Part shown: piece by piece, positions 12,369 to 24,233 of the stretch
Layout of the letters: every line of letters begins with the position of its first letter
Numbering within the stretch: position 1 is the stretch's first letter
Source of the DNA: Glycera tridactyla
Lineage: Eukaryota
Reading direction: 5' to 3'
Length of the DNA: 64,000 nucleotides
Assembly: GCA_965644265.1 (NCBI GenBank)
Contig: OZ286467.1
Coordinates: forward strand, 45,012,001 to 45,076,000
Translations under genes and position numbers: made by a program
The notes under the pieces: model-generated
The model's input: only the letters and a program-made list of their open reading frames with translations
The model's database searches: none
Told to the model about the DNA's origin: nothing

Positions 12369-14498
12369 AATTGCCCACTTGATGGGTCACTTGATGCATC
12401 ATTACCAGAGAACCAATTTGAGTGGGTGATTAATGCACATCACCCATTGAAAACGTTGATCAATGATACCGAATTCGCACAAAAAAAAGTGATCATGACC
12501 TTTATGTATTCCATTATAAGGGTAAACAATACATTCACATTTTGTCAATCATACTCTGAAAGCCATTCTCTCCAACCATCCTGTCACTTTCCCACCCAAC
12601 TATCTGATGATATGAAATGATTATCCATAAAGCGACTACTGCAATATCGTTCATACATTGAATCTCACAAAGGTAGAGAAAGCAATGGCAGGAGTGAAAC
12701 ACACTGCATATGTAGCACAAGCTTGAGACAGTCAGAGATGAGTTATTATAAAAGTGAAATGGTATTCACAATGGGATCAGGATCATGAGCTTCATCAGCT
12801 TTCATATATGTCTACTAATGTGGGATCCTAAATATGGCCATTCCGACCAGTGAATAAACATCCAATGACAAATATCAAAGGATAGATAACGGATGAAGGG
12901 TTGACAAACTTGATAATTTTCGATAGGCTTTTTCATGAAGAGACTTTTTATACTCAGATCTCAATTAGAGTCCTGCTTGGACTTGTGAAATATATTTACA
13001 TGCTAGTGTATTCCAAATCCGAACCATAAAGGGTATCCATTCAATCTGCTTTTTTCTTGTGCCCTCATAATTGTGGTAATGTACCAAACTGAATGTCGAA
13101 TATAGAGCTCGAAATGTTTATTCAGCATACCAGTGAATCCCATCCCATGTGCTTTCACAAGGTAGCGAATTCTAGACAAATTCTAATTCTTCGGAAGCAA
13201 GGATGTTAAGTGTTGGAAGTCTAACACCGAATCAGATTTCTATGCTTCACCTATGAAATATTCAATGTGACATATCAATTTCTTGAGAGGATACAATAAT
13301 TCCATATTAATTTTGAATCTTGGCTGATGAGGAGGGATTCCAAATACCGTCATCAAAACTATATCTCAGATTGATCCTTCAAAGAATATGTTTCATAACA
13401 CTCAATGATAATGAGCTTGAGATTACTGAGGATATCAATACACATTTACCCTTCATTTGAATCATAAGAATTCCGGACACATTGAATATAATTTGCAGAT
13501 GTCACATGCTTTTCTGTCATCCTCAATGAAAATAGACTCAATGGTAATACTAGGCAATACTTGGGGTTCAACATATAATTTGCTTATGATTCATGCTTGC
13601 CTCCCATCACATAGATGAATTGCACTTCACCCATGAATGTTATAAAAGTTAGCAGAGCAGTAAAAATGCGATAATATAGCAATATATTACATGGTAGCAT
13701 ACAATGCTGTTGATAACACAGAATCAGAGGAACTGATGAATCCTGGCATTTTCTTTCAGATCTATGTTGCCATGACCATATCTGATACCTGCATATCTCC
13801 CTTTTTCAAACTCCAAAAGCCTGGGAAAACGCACTGTCATCTCTTTATGCGGACTGACAGACATGTTTGAGGTATGAAATGTACCAGATGACCAATAATT
13901 GAAATATTACTCAACAATCTGTATTTGATCAAATGAGTGTTACATGATAGCAGCAGCAACATTATGAAAGGCAGAACACTCACGAGTTACATGTACTCAC
14001 AAATTGGAGTCCTATCGAGGTAGGGCACTCCTATTACAAAATGTCATACCTAAATATCCTTTATGCAATTTGATATACATATATATATACTTCAAAATAT
14101 CTGCATAGAATCCCATACACTAATGTGTGATTTGGATGCAACATTACACCTCAGTCACATCGTTGGAAGTTTGTGAAGCATCCCAAAGTCAGATAATGAT
14201 GAGATTTTGGCTTGGCTTGAGTTGCGTTGTGTTATTTTCACGTCATTCCACCACACACCCGATTTTCTCAGCAGATCTCTTCTTCCATGACCATAGAAAG
14301 CGTTATCAGTGCATCAGAAATTCATTAGAAACATCTCCTGTTTGCTAAGCTGATCTGATTCTGATATCTCTTATGTAGATTGGACGTGGTCTACTCAAGA
14401 TGACTTGACAGAATATCTTCTTCATGGTTGCTGGTTGGCCTGGGGTGTCTGTTTATTTGATGCAAATCGATTTTCAACAGTGTGAAAGCAAAGAATAT

Positions 14499-14658
14499 TC
14501 AGCTTGAACGAGAAGATGCACTGCTTGAATGTGATAGTTGGATAGTTCCAAACTCTTCATCTGTATCTGTACTCCACGGTGCTGCTACATTATCATCTGT
14601 AAACAGCTGAACATCGTAGGTCACGGATCTTACAGCCATCGTAACTTCAAAGCCATTT
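14499..14658 (-). CDS. Candidate alternative terminal exon (R)NGFEVTMAVRSVTYDVQLFTDDNVAAPWSTDTDEEFGTIQLSHSSSASSRSS*
   Basis: Acceptor caacctctctag. Phase-2 start, 52 open codons, TGA at 14499-14501, AATAAA about 40 nt downstream. It could instead be ordinary 3' UTR. Confidence 0.35.
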
Positions 14659-14950
14659 CTAGAGAGGTTGCTTGTACAGATCCAGAAGCATGCAGCACTT
14701 GTCAGAATTAGGTTGTGGATGTTTGGACATCAATAAAATGTGATGTCATTATAAGCATATGAAATCAGATTCGTACACATACTCAATCACTACGAACCCA
14801 TGTTGTAGGTATGTATGTGTAAGTCAAACATGTGACAAAGTATAATCAGTGCTCACAGAAAAGAGGGCTACTTTTACAATTTAAGCAGTACTGTGGCTGC
14901 TGTCTAGTATGCAGCAGCAGCGGCTCTTTTGTAGCCACCACATAGTGGCG

Positions 14951-15050
14951 CTACTGGATAGAGCAGGCACAATCATTAACCTCTTCAACCTGAGGTGAGG
15001 GAGGAAGATGATGGGCTGGTGGCTCTGTATAATCAGAATCCAAGTATACC
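14951..15050 (-). CDS. Terminal coding exon (R)VYLDSDYTEPPAHHLPPSPQVEEVNDCACSIQ*
   Basis: Acceptor gcatgttttattttcag. Phase-2 start matches the preceding exon. TAG at 14951-14953. A minus-strand AATAAA lies at 14452-14457. Confidence 0.7.
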
Positions 15051-18000
15051 CTGAAAATAAAACATGCATAAATTGGTAAATTATCATAAATAGATTCACT
15101 TTCCTGAAAGCGCAACTATGCTCTTTCGGACAGCAATCGGTAAATGATTACATTTCAGATTTGAATATGCAGATATTTGAAAGCATCCAGCTAAAATAAT
15201 CCGAACATCAGACTAAATGTACACTAGAAATTTAGAACTAAACAACAAAAACAACAATGTCTTTCTGTAAACGTCATAATGACTTCACCTTCAGCCTCGG
15301 TGTTTACTTCATACCTAGAGAATGACCATCCCTGAATTACAATCGGCAAATATCTGATGGTTTCTGGAACCACTTACATAGCTGCATGAATAATTGGCAC
15401 ATAAAAACCTCATCATTGCTGGATTACTTATACAGAATGACATGGTAGTTTACAGTAAATACTGAATTTCTGAATGTTATAAAATACAACCGATGGAATA
15501 GCATCATGTGGAAATAACTAACCACTAACCATTATATGTATATGTCTGCTACCACTAACCCATTGATAACAGTAAATGGGGTACTGAAAAGGCCTGTCAT
15601 TCGAGAGCAAATTGCACATTTTCATTTTGAAATAAAGCTCACATCACTTGTTCGAAAACTGAGAAGTCAATATTCGAGCATTATCTTGATTATATTCTGG
15701 AGAATAGATCCCTTTTCCTCAGCTCAGTCTCATCCCCCCCCCCCAAAAAAAAAAAAAAAATCATAAAAATGTTACAATGGTCACCTGACAACATGAACCA
15801 GTTGCCGACGAGCTGTATGTTTGCGGTTGCCTCGGTCAGCTGCAGTCCACTCTCCTTCCATTACAGTTGTCTCTCCCCCATCTTGTGTGTGCCAAATTCG
15901 ATTCAATGGGTGGTAAAATGTCTCTGCACCAATAACTCGTTTGTCTGAAACAGGAGCTCAAGATCACAAATGTGTCAGAATGAAACATGCATCACTGGAG
16001 AAATGAATAGGATAACGATGGATACATGATTACATTCAATCGAGCCCATGGGAACGATTACGTGATCAGGAATCATAACACTTTATATCTAACTAGCAAC
16101 ACACTGAGATGGTACCCTGTACTGAAAAGAAGAATAGTTATCTGTTGAGGTTGAACTGTGGAAACAGTTAATGCAAGCAATATTCACATGTTCTGAAAAT
16201 AAAATCCGTCACAACGAATATTTATTGAACTACACTTATCCAATCACAAATCTACATTAGTGGACAAAACAATCACATCACTAAAACAATATGATTCTTG
16301 GCTATTCTATCTATGTTTCACTTTGCAGTTTTGCCATTTATGTCACAGGTCAGAAGTTGTTGTTTGGAGAGTGGTGGCAGTACTAATGGTGATGCAGTCA
16401 CTCACCTTGTATGAATGTTCAATTGTAATTAAGTGCATTGCTGATAAAGTGTTCAGAGGTGATTCAGCTGTGAATGTGTGCTTTGTTAGAGGAAGTGAAA
16501 CAGTTCACTTGTTCATGCTCTAGGATAAATACTCTCCAACAAGTTCAGGAAGGCCGAACCCTTATCGACAAGCTAGTCTCTTGCTGCTGCTTGTATAATA
16601 AATGATTGAAAGCGTTTTGTGTGAACAGCTTTTACCTATACACTGAAATCATTTGACTGATAAAAAGTTTGAAGATGCTGCAGACCGATCAAACTAAATG
16701 ACTTTTGGATGAACCATTTTTTTTATAACAAAAACTATTATTTCGTAATTCACCAAAAAGAATGAAAATCAGACAATTTCAAGAGATATAAAAGTGTATT
16801 AAATGCTCAAAATTCGGGAAATAATTCAATGTCTTGATTCACTGAATTAATATTTTCCTCAGCAACCTATATCACAATTAAACACTGAATACATAAGGTA
16901 TTGTTTTCGTTGTTGAAGGTCTCAGGTCTAGCACGGGGCATAGTACAGTACCCCTGTGTATTGTCATACACGATTATATATAAATGAGTTATATTCATAT
17001 TGATGATTACTTATATTTGGAGCTCAAAGAAATGTGTTGATTGGTGTTTCCCATAATCAAACTCTCAATCATTGAATTGTTAAAGTAAGTAAAATATTGA
17101 TGTTAGGAACAGCAATAGTAGATGACCAGATAACAATTGATCAGAGGCATATAATCTACCATTCACCATGAAAGCTTTTTGAAGGTCTCAGCAATGCTTT
17201 TGTAGGATCGGGTCTAGTGGATATTTCAGATGCATCTGATTAGACAATGATATACATTCAACATGAATTTCTATAGTGGACATGACGTCTGCTGAGAGCA
17301 TGTACGCTCATCACATATGTTATCAAACACACTGAGTGGGAAATCAATACCACATGCAAGGGAGGGGACATGCACTTTTACAGGTTCTGACAAACTCAAG
17401 CTAATCAGACATCTCAATAACTTCCTACATGTAACATCATATTATGAATATTTGCTAACAAACCTGCAATATCTGGAATGATCCATAAACCTGTAAAACT
17501 TGGATATACATTGAACTTACAATTCTTTTCTTGAATGCCAAATCTGCAGTGTTATGATTACACAGATACAATATTAATGCAACCAATGACTGCATTCTTA
17601 ACAACATACATTCAAGAACCAGATTTCACTACATCTATGTTTGCTATTATGTTGTGTAATTCCAATATGCTTGAATTATTATAAATCTCATAATTTGTCT
17701 CATTTGGTCTTCTCTCCCATTTAGACCTTGACAGACATGGTCCTATTCATTGTCAGCAGCATTTGAATTTGGCTAATTACACATCAATAGGCTTGATCTG
17801 ACTAGATCAGTCCTAGGGGTCGAGTACTCAAAACCATAAGCTTAGGTTGTTCACTGCATATCGAAAATTCTCAAATTGTCTTATTAATTGATCACAGCAC
17901 GTAAAAGTATATTAGGAGAGAATATGTTCCCTCGCTTTTGCACACTGAACCTGATATAATTCCTTAACATAAAAACCTAAATGTTTTGATAGTAATATCA

Positions 18001-20638
18001 AGATGTACAAAATAAAAGACGAAAAAAGTCTGAGTATCCTAGATCACTGCAGGATATAGTAGCAGATTTTCTACCTCAGTTTCTATTGATTCAAATCGAT
18101 TAACAATTTGCATCGATTAAGAAGCGAAATCTGTTTCCCTAGATACACAATACCCTGTGCAATATGATTTTTTTCTATATACAGAAATATGAGTTGTATA
18201 GGACTTCCGAATTTCGAAAAAAATAGGGTAGGAGGGTAGTGGCTGCTAACGAGTAACAGCTGTGTTATGAATAAACCACCTGTAATCCCATTCCTCTTCA
18301 ATATCACTGGATATTACTGTGCGAAAGTCTGACGGATTTCTACACGTCATACACGATACCCCCTCTCAGTCATGGTATCAATCATTTTTTTCATTTGCCA
18401 TTAAAACGTACATAGTCACTCTCACCCATTCGCAGCATCATATGGTGTCTCGCATGTACTAAATCTATAAGCAATGTGGTTATGATATTGGCTAAAACCT
18501 ATGAGTCACTAAAGATTGAGGTGATTCTGTGTTGAGCAAGCATGGGTGAATCATTACATCCTAGTTTACTGAGGGTAAAGCATCGATCATAGGCGCATAC
18601 TCTGTTATGATTCAATTTACCAATTTTACCATGACACATTCATCACAGTTTCGAAACAGTGATGAATGTTATATCATGATATATTCATATTCTCATCCAC
18701 GAGTAGATTTGGATACAACGTCCTGAAATATCAGATTGTATTTTAAAATACCTTCCTAAAGTAGAGTAGAAAATTATCTTAGGAATATTATTTTGGTGAG
18801 GAGACAGATCATGTGGTGTTCGGAATACATGCAAGCATAAGTAATCACATTTCAAAGACACCCACTTAAGATACAAACCCTCAAATAGCTGGGCAACTGT
18901 CCAAACTATCTCAAGTATAGATAAATGTGGTCACTTTATCCAGGACCATCCCGAAATTTCATAAACTTGTAACAAAAAAGTGAATTATGAGTCATGAAAA
19001 GATGGAGACATGCAGAATACAACAAATCCGAAAGGTATTCAGGGTGAGCGGACATTTTATCGTCGTTTACAGCCCACAAAATTAATATCATCGATATCAG
19101 TGAATCTCGAGTTTCGAGATCTCTGAAATTGGTATGAGCACTAGAAGTCATCGTGGTTTGTACCAAGTTTATGCAATGAATATAACAACACCATGATAAA
19201 ATATGAGAACACTTTCGACAAATATACATGCAAGTTTGGAGTGCTGCAAGAGCTTGGGTACCTGCTTGCATGTGAACTTCAAGTGCATACAAGTGAAACA
19301 AGAAGGATTGAAGATATAGTGGACATGTTAGAAACCGAAAATTGAGCCCAGTCAAAAATAGTTCAATGAATATCATCAAATTGAATTTCGAAAGAGATAC
19401 ATCAGCGTATAATTGGCATCTATTCTCTTGCCAGAATTGCCCCCTATTCTATATATGAAATGCAGTCTGTATGAAACCATAAAGAAGTTCAACTGGCTGA
19501 GGATTTTCAGCAATCTAAGGTTTGGCTATTGACTATTGAGATATTGTTGACATTCTGCACATAACCCAGAGCTTGTCTCATCTGTCAATTATGTAATCCT
19601 CATCATTTTCTTAGAAATGATCCATAATTGGTCAATCATCTTGATCAAAGACTGTCAGCAATTTTATCTGAACTCATTTGGCTGGGGACATCATGATGTA
19701 TGAGCAGGATTGACTCTTATAGAAAATGTCAATGCAGCTGATCTGAATTAGTGCCAGCACAAATTCCACACCGATATGTGTAGTCATAGTAATAGTGTCC
19801 AATTTTTGGGATGATTATAACCCTCTCACTTCAATACCTACGTTGGACATAATTCTGGACTGTAAAATTATTCGCCACAATAGGATCATCACAGCAGGAG
19901 TATGATTAGATGAGTGAATGGGTGATAAATATCATTCACACTTGCATGCTCAGTTGTGTCTAGAAGGGGATTCCTATACTTGACTGAATTCTGACATACC
20001 ATATGTTTCACGCTTCTCCTCACTTCCTTTCTTATTGTGTGCTTTTGCTTCCAATTTCTTTTTGTCATGTTGTGCTTGTTCCACGGCAACAGCAACTAGC
20101 TCCGACATTGTCAGACCGGGATGATCCAGATAAGATCCTTGTTTTCGACCTTTAGGCGGAGGCAGGATTTCAATTGGAACTTTTTTACCTCCATGTTCTC
20201 CAGTTTTATGACCACCTTGTGCTTTCTGCCCTCCATTTGTCTGATGACCTGCAGGAACTAATAAGCGATAAGTACAATAAGCATCACAAGCAGTAGTACG
20301 ATGTTCAATCACTAGACCACATAGTTGACATCATCCTTCAAAGCAACAACATATTTTTCTCCTGGGAATTCCTTGTCAACGTGTGCTTTATACATGCTAA
20401 CTCACCTATTTTTCATGCATATGCACTACTTACAACTCAGGTCATACAAACTTTTCTGTTGAGCGGGATTTCCAGAGTACTTAATACACATACCTCTGTT
20501 TACCTTTTTTTTCACCAAACATGATGATGATTGACGGGACATATGCTACAGTGAGATTTGAGTAAGTAATTATTGGACTAGACAATTTTGGCCTATTTAA
20601 GCTGACCAAGATATTACTACCTCCCACACAAATACCTC

Positions 20639-20687
<49 letters not shown>

Positions 20688-23113
20688 CCATGCACAACGC
20701 AATACAATACACCAACCCACTATCTATCCAAAGGTGATACTGCAAATTGAGATGAGAGTATTTATTTGAAAAAAAAAAACCATTCCTGCCTAGTAGTGTG
20801 AATACACAGATGAAACCTCTGACGAATGAAGGTGTGGAAACTGTTGAATGTGTCTAAAAACAAAAGGCCATCTTATATCATTTGAGATCCCTTGAATATT
20901 CTACGATATACTCAACTAAATGAGACCTATGAACATATCATAGAATGATTTGCATCCATGCCTTCTCAGCCATACATAGCATTTAAGCACGTTATGAATA
21001 TATTTTGCTGTTGCCAAAAGAATACATACACCTCTAAATAATAACACGTAACATAAGCTTCTAATGCAGGGATCTTATTTTGGGAAATTTCCATCACAAA
21101 GACTGCATGTCAGTTCCCCTCATTCACACATTTAACAAAACTGTTTTCATATCGATCTGGGAATTATATTTCTGATTAGCCCATCACCAAGTTATGTCCA
21201 TCAGTGAGGAATTGTGTGTTGGATACATGGATATGGAGAGTTATTGGCAAATAATCCAGTAGCCTTACTGACCAGAAAATGAAACTCGATAAGAATCACA
21301 AGATGATTTAATGAATGAATGAAGATGAAATCAAAAGATGAATTAAGCCAAAAAAATCTATGGCACCACAAGGTAAACCGACTATAGTTTACACATACTA
21401 CGGATGATATAACATCAGTCTTTTGAATGAGCAGAAAAAAATACTGGATAGAACTGATATTTGACAGAAAAAAATTATCTTTAAATAAATGTGAAAAATA
21501 TGAATGATAAACACTATTTGAAATATATTCACAAAATGTTCTCAATTTGGCAAGTGGAAGTTGTCATTCAATCTATTGAGTAAAGATTTCGAAAAGCTGA
21601 TTCATCCATCCTGATTGCATTAGAACAAATTCAAGTATGTAAACTGATCGATACAGTGGCCATGAGGTGGACACAGAGAATAAATATGGATATATGAAGG
21701 GGTATACTTCTACATTGGGGGTATGGGCTGATATATAGCAGCACTCTCACCACACCAAGTAATATGCAGTCACAGTTTATAAAAGCTGTATAATATATGC
21801 CAAGCCACACAGAAATCCTATTGACTCACCACTGTGTTTGATTTATCTCAATCTTCCTAGACTGGAGATTGCGCCTATGATGTTTCCCATGACCTTAGTC
21901 CAATCTGTGAAATTTGTGGATTGTTCACAAGCGAATGACTGGCATAAGTTTGTGGATACCCACTCCAGATTCTTGCGAAGGGTCGAGAAGAACAGGTAAT
22001 TAATAGCAGAGTGACTCTGATATGCATATATATGGTAAGTATGTGAGCAAGGGTGGACTGAGCTTTATGTTGAACACATATGGGATTCTCCAGTCCAGGA
22101 AGACTGTAGCTCATCCTGCAGAATATGATTTAATCAGTGAAACAGAACCTAACCTGAGTTGTTATTTGTTACAAAGCATCATAGGCTCCAATCACACATC
22201 TTATAGCACCCCATTCGCTTCTAGAAAGCGAAATACATGCTTTTTTCATGCTGATTAGGGAAGATATAATGGTCAATTTTGAAATAGAGGGAAATTTGAG
22301 TTTTATTGCATCAAATCTACTGAGATTGTTCGCAAAATTTTCCTCAAATATCCGGAGGTACACACTGAACTTTTTCCCCCCAGCTATATAAGGTGTGTGA
22401 AAAAGCAAGATGCATAGGAGCTTTATTTACAATTTCTGAATTTACTAATTTGGGATCCTTATTCAAACCCATGATGACAGCTTCTTTGAGTGAGAGAAGA
22501 TGCATCATCAAAGTAATTGATTCTGGATCCAGTAGGTGTCTCAACATTTACATGGAGCCAGGGAGAAATCACCTTGGGGATGTTGTTTATGTCCGAGAAA
22601 CTGCAGGAGGAGGAAGGTGAAGTTGACAGAAGAATATAATGGTGCATATTTACTTACACCCTTCAACGTTCTGTACTACTAGGCAGGAATGAAACACATC
22701 AGCATCATGTTAACAAGTCTCAAATGCGATTATCACACCACATGCTCCAATAACCAATGCATACAAATCACAAGAAGGGGTTAGTCTGCCTTGAAACAAC
22801 AATGGTACATGGAATTTTCTATGATAAACAATACAAAGCTACTTTGTCCATCAATGATGGACTTGAAAATCAGTTGTGTTATATGTCAGTTTATCTGTGA
22901 GTAAATATATGAAAAAATCTGCTGGTCATAATTGCAACAGACTCAGCGTCTGCCAAAAACGTCCATGATCTCAAAGATATAATCAACATGATCATGTCAT
23001 AATATCAATATAAATGTGTGAAGATAGGTGATACATCTCCCTGTTACTTGTACCCTCAAATTACCTTCTTCGATCCATACAGCTTTGATGGCACTACAAT
23101 ATTGACTTCCCAT
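14951..23113 (-). CDS. Spliced gene for an uncharacterised 227-aa protein with putative N-terminal myristoylation motif and C-terminal CaaX box. Exons: 23113-23065, 20248-20000, 19859-19842, 18464-18426, 17235-17167, 15944-15785, 15050-14951
   Basis: All introns are GT-AG and the exons join in one frame (684 nt = 227 aa + stop): MGSQYCSAIKAVWIEEGHQTNGGQKAQGGHKTGEHGGKKVPIEILPPPKGRKQGSYLDHPGLTMSELVAVAVEQAQHDKKKLEAKAHNKKGSEEKRETYVQNYVQHLVHARHHMMLRMDASEISTRPDPTKALLRPSKSFHDKRVIGAETFYHPLNRIWHTQDGGETTVMEGEWTAADRGNRKHTARRQLVHVVRVYLDSDYTEPPAHHLPPSPQVEEVNDCACSIQ*. The 69-nt and 160-nt exons are each open in only one frame, the one required by their neighbours. No family recognised. Confidence 0.7.
15785..15944 (-). 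CDS. Internal coding exon, 160 nt (DKRVIGAETFYHPLNRIW...RRQLVHVVR)
   Basis: Acceptor ctcctgtttcag, donor AG|GTGACC. Only the phase-1 frame is open over the whole exon. Higher GC than the flanks. Confidence 0.75.
17167..17235 (-). CDS. Internal symmetric exon, 69 nt (DASEISTRPDPTKALLRPSKSFH)
   Basis: Acceptor attgtctaatcag, donor G|GTGAAT. Only the phase-1 frame is open. Confidence 0.55.
18426..18464 (-). CDS. Small symmetric exon, 39 nt (HLVHARHHMMLRM)
   Basis: Acceptor cacattgcttatag, donor G|GTGAGA. Length is a multiple of 3 and the phase-1 frame is open. Confidence 0.55.
19842..19859 (-). CDS. Microexon, 18 nt (VQNYVQ)
   Basis: Acceptor aataattttacag, donor C|GTAGGT. Frame-preserving. 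No other AG for about 50 nt upstream of the acceptor. Confidence 0.5.
20000..20248 (-). CDS. Internal coding exon, 249 nt, G/K/H-rich (GHQTNGGQKAQGG...KKGSEEKRETY)
   Basis: Lies within ORF 19974..20312. Acceptor cttattagttcctgcag, donor G|GTATGT. Phase 1-1. Confidence 0.75.
20640..20685. repeat. (AC)n microsatellite
   Basis: Seen directly. Confidence 0.98.
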
Positions 23114-23229
23114 TCCGAATTATAAGATGATCTTAATGATGATGATGCAGGTTGTCACATTCGCCAAGGGGGTAATCTCTAGGGCACAGAAGCCACCAAT
23201 GGCATCAATAACACCCTATTCCCCCTAAT
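23065..23229 (-). CDS. Putative start-codon exon (UTR 23229-23114, CDS 23113-23065: MGSQYCSAIKAVWIEE)
   Basis: Acceptor aatttcttacag, donor AAG|GTAATT. ATG context GGAATGG (purine at -3, G at +4). Stops in all frames upstream within the exon. Ends in phase 1, matching the 249-nt exon. Confidence 0.55.
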
Positions 23230-24219
23230 CTGTAAGAAATTTCTCTTTGTTATGACATGATATCATTTGGCATTGAGTTGCCTGATTGTATCAAGTATCT
23301 TTCGATACTGCCAAAGATCCTATGAAGAGCATTCAAGATCAATATATGCTTGCAATTGATCGATAGCGAGTATGTTTTGGAGCACATTTTCCCCGTCCTC
23401 AATCATCTCACTTGACACTTATGATGATGTAATCAAATATAAAATGAATGTACATGGCTATGGGATGGGGAAAAAATCATCACTGTATCAAACAGTCATC
23501 ATTGCATCACTTCTGTTTCCATGGTGAAACAGTCAGTTTCCTGGGCCACTGAATATGCTACAGATGAAGCACAGTGGCCAAAGGTGTGGAGTTATGGGAG
23601 AGGTCTAGGACTCATATCCTGAAAACCAGGCCACATTCTCATGAACAGGTGAACTAAATCGGAATCACTATCATTACATCAAAGGGGAACAAAAATATAG
23701 GGAACAGTCACATCATATTACCACGCCAGCGATAATTGCAATGTGGTCATACTCAGAACATTCCACTTGGCCTTCTAAGTGTTTTTTGCGATGGTACCGA
23801 CATAATCAGGATTTCCTAATCACAGACCACATTTTTCACGAGGATTTTAAGCAAGACACCTGACTATCAAGAGACTAGGGAGACAAACATGCAGGATTGA
23901 TAAAGTGCGTGAGGAAGGCTTATCAGGTGCTACATCAAACTACAGGCTTGAACAATATCTCTTGCATGTGCTTATCGAGCACTGATGTCCTAGTACTATG
24001 TACAATTCGGCAAATGCCATCTAAATACGTAATCAGAAATATGTGCTTGGATAAAATACCACAAACCACCTCGAAAGCAATGCTGGGTGAATTGCAATGA
24101 CTGCATGTCTCAACAATCCATGTGAAATCGAAATTTGAAGCTCACGTGGAAGTATGAATTGGATTTGTGAATAGACAAGAGCTTCCCATCATTCGGACAT
24201 GAGTTCCTGATTCATGATA

Positions 24220-24233
24220 GTTACCATGGCAAC
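24220..24233. promoter_or_regulatory. RFX X-box-like motif GTTACCATGGCAAC
   Basis: Matches the X-box consensus and lies about 1 kb upstream of the putative ATG exon. Probably repeat-derived. Confidence 0.35.

Noticed and set aside
22573-22600. Very strong minus-strand acceptor at 22600
   Set aside because: The phase-1 frame needed by the gene has a TAA and the available donors are weak. It may be a UTR or cryptic exon but is unsupported as coding.
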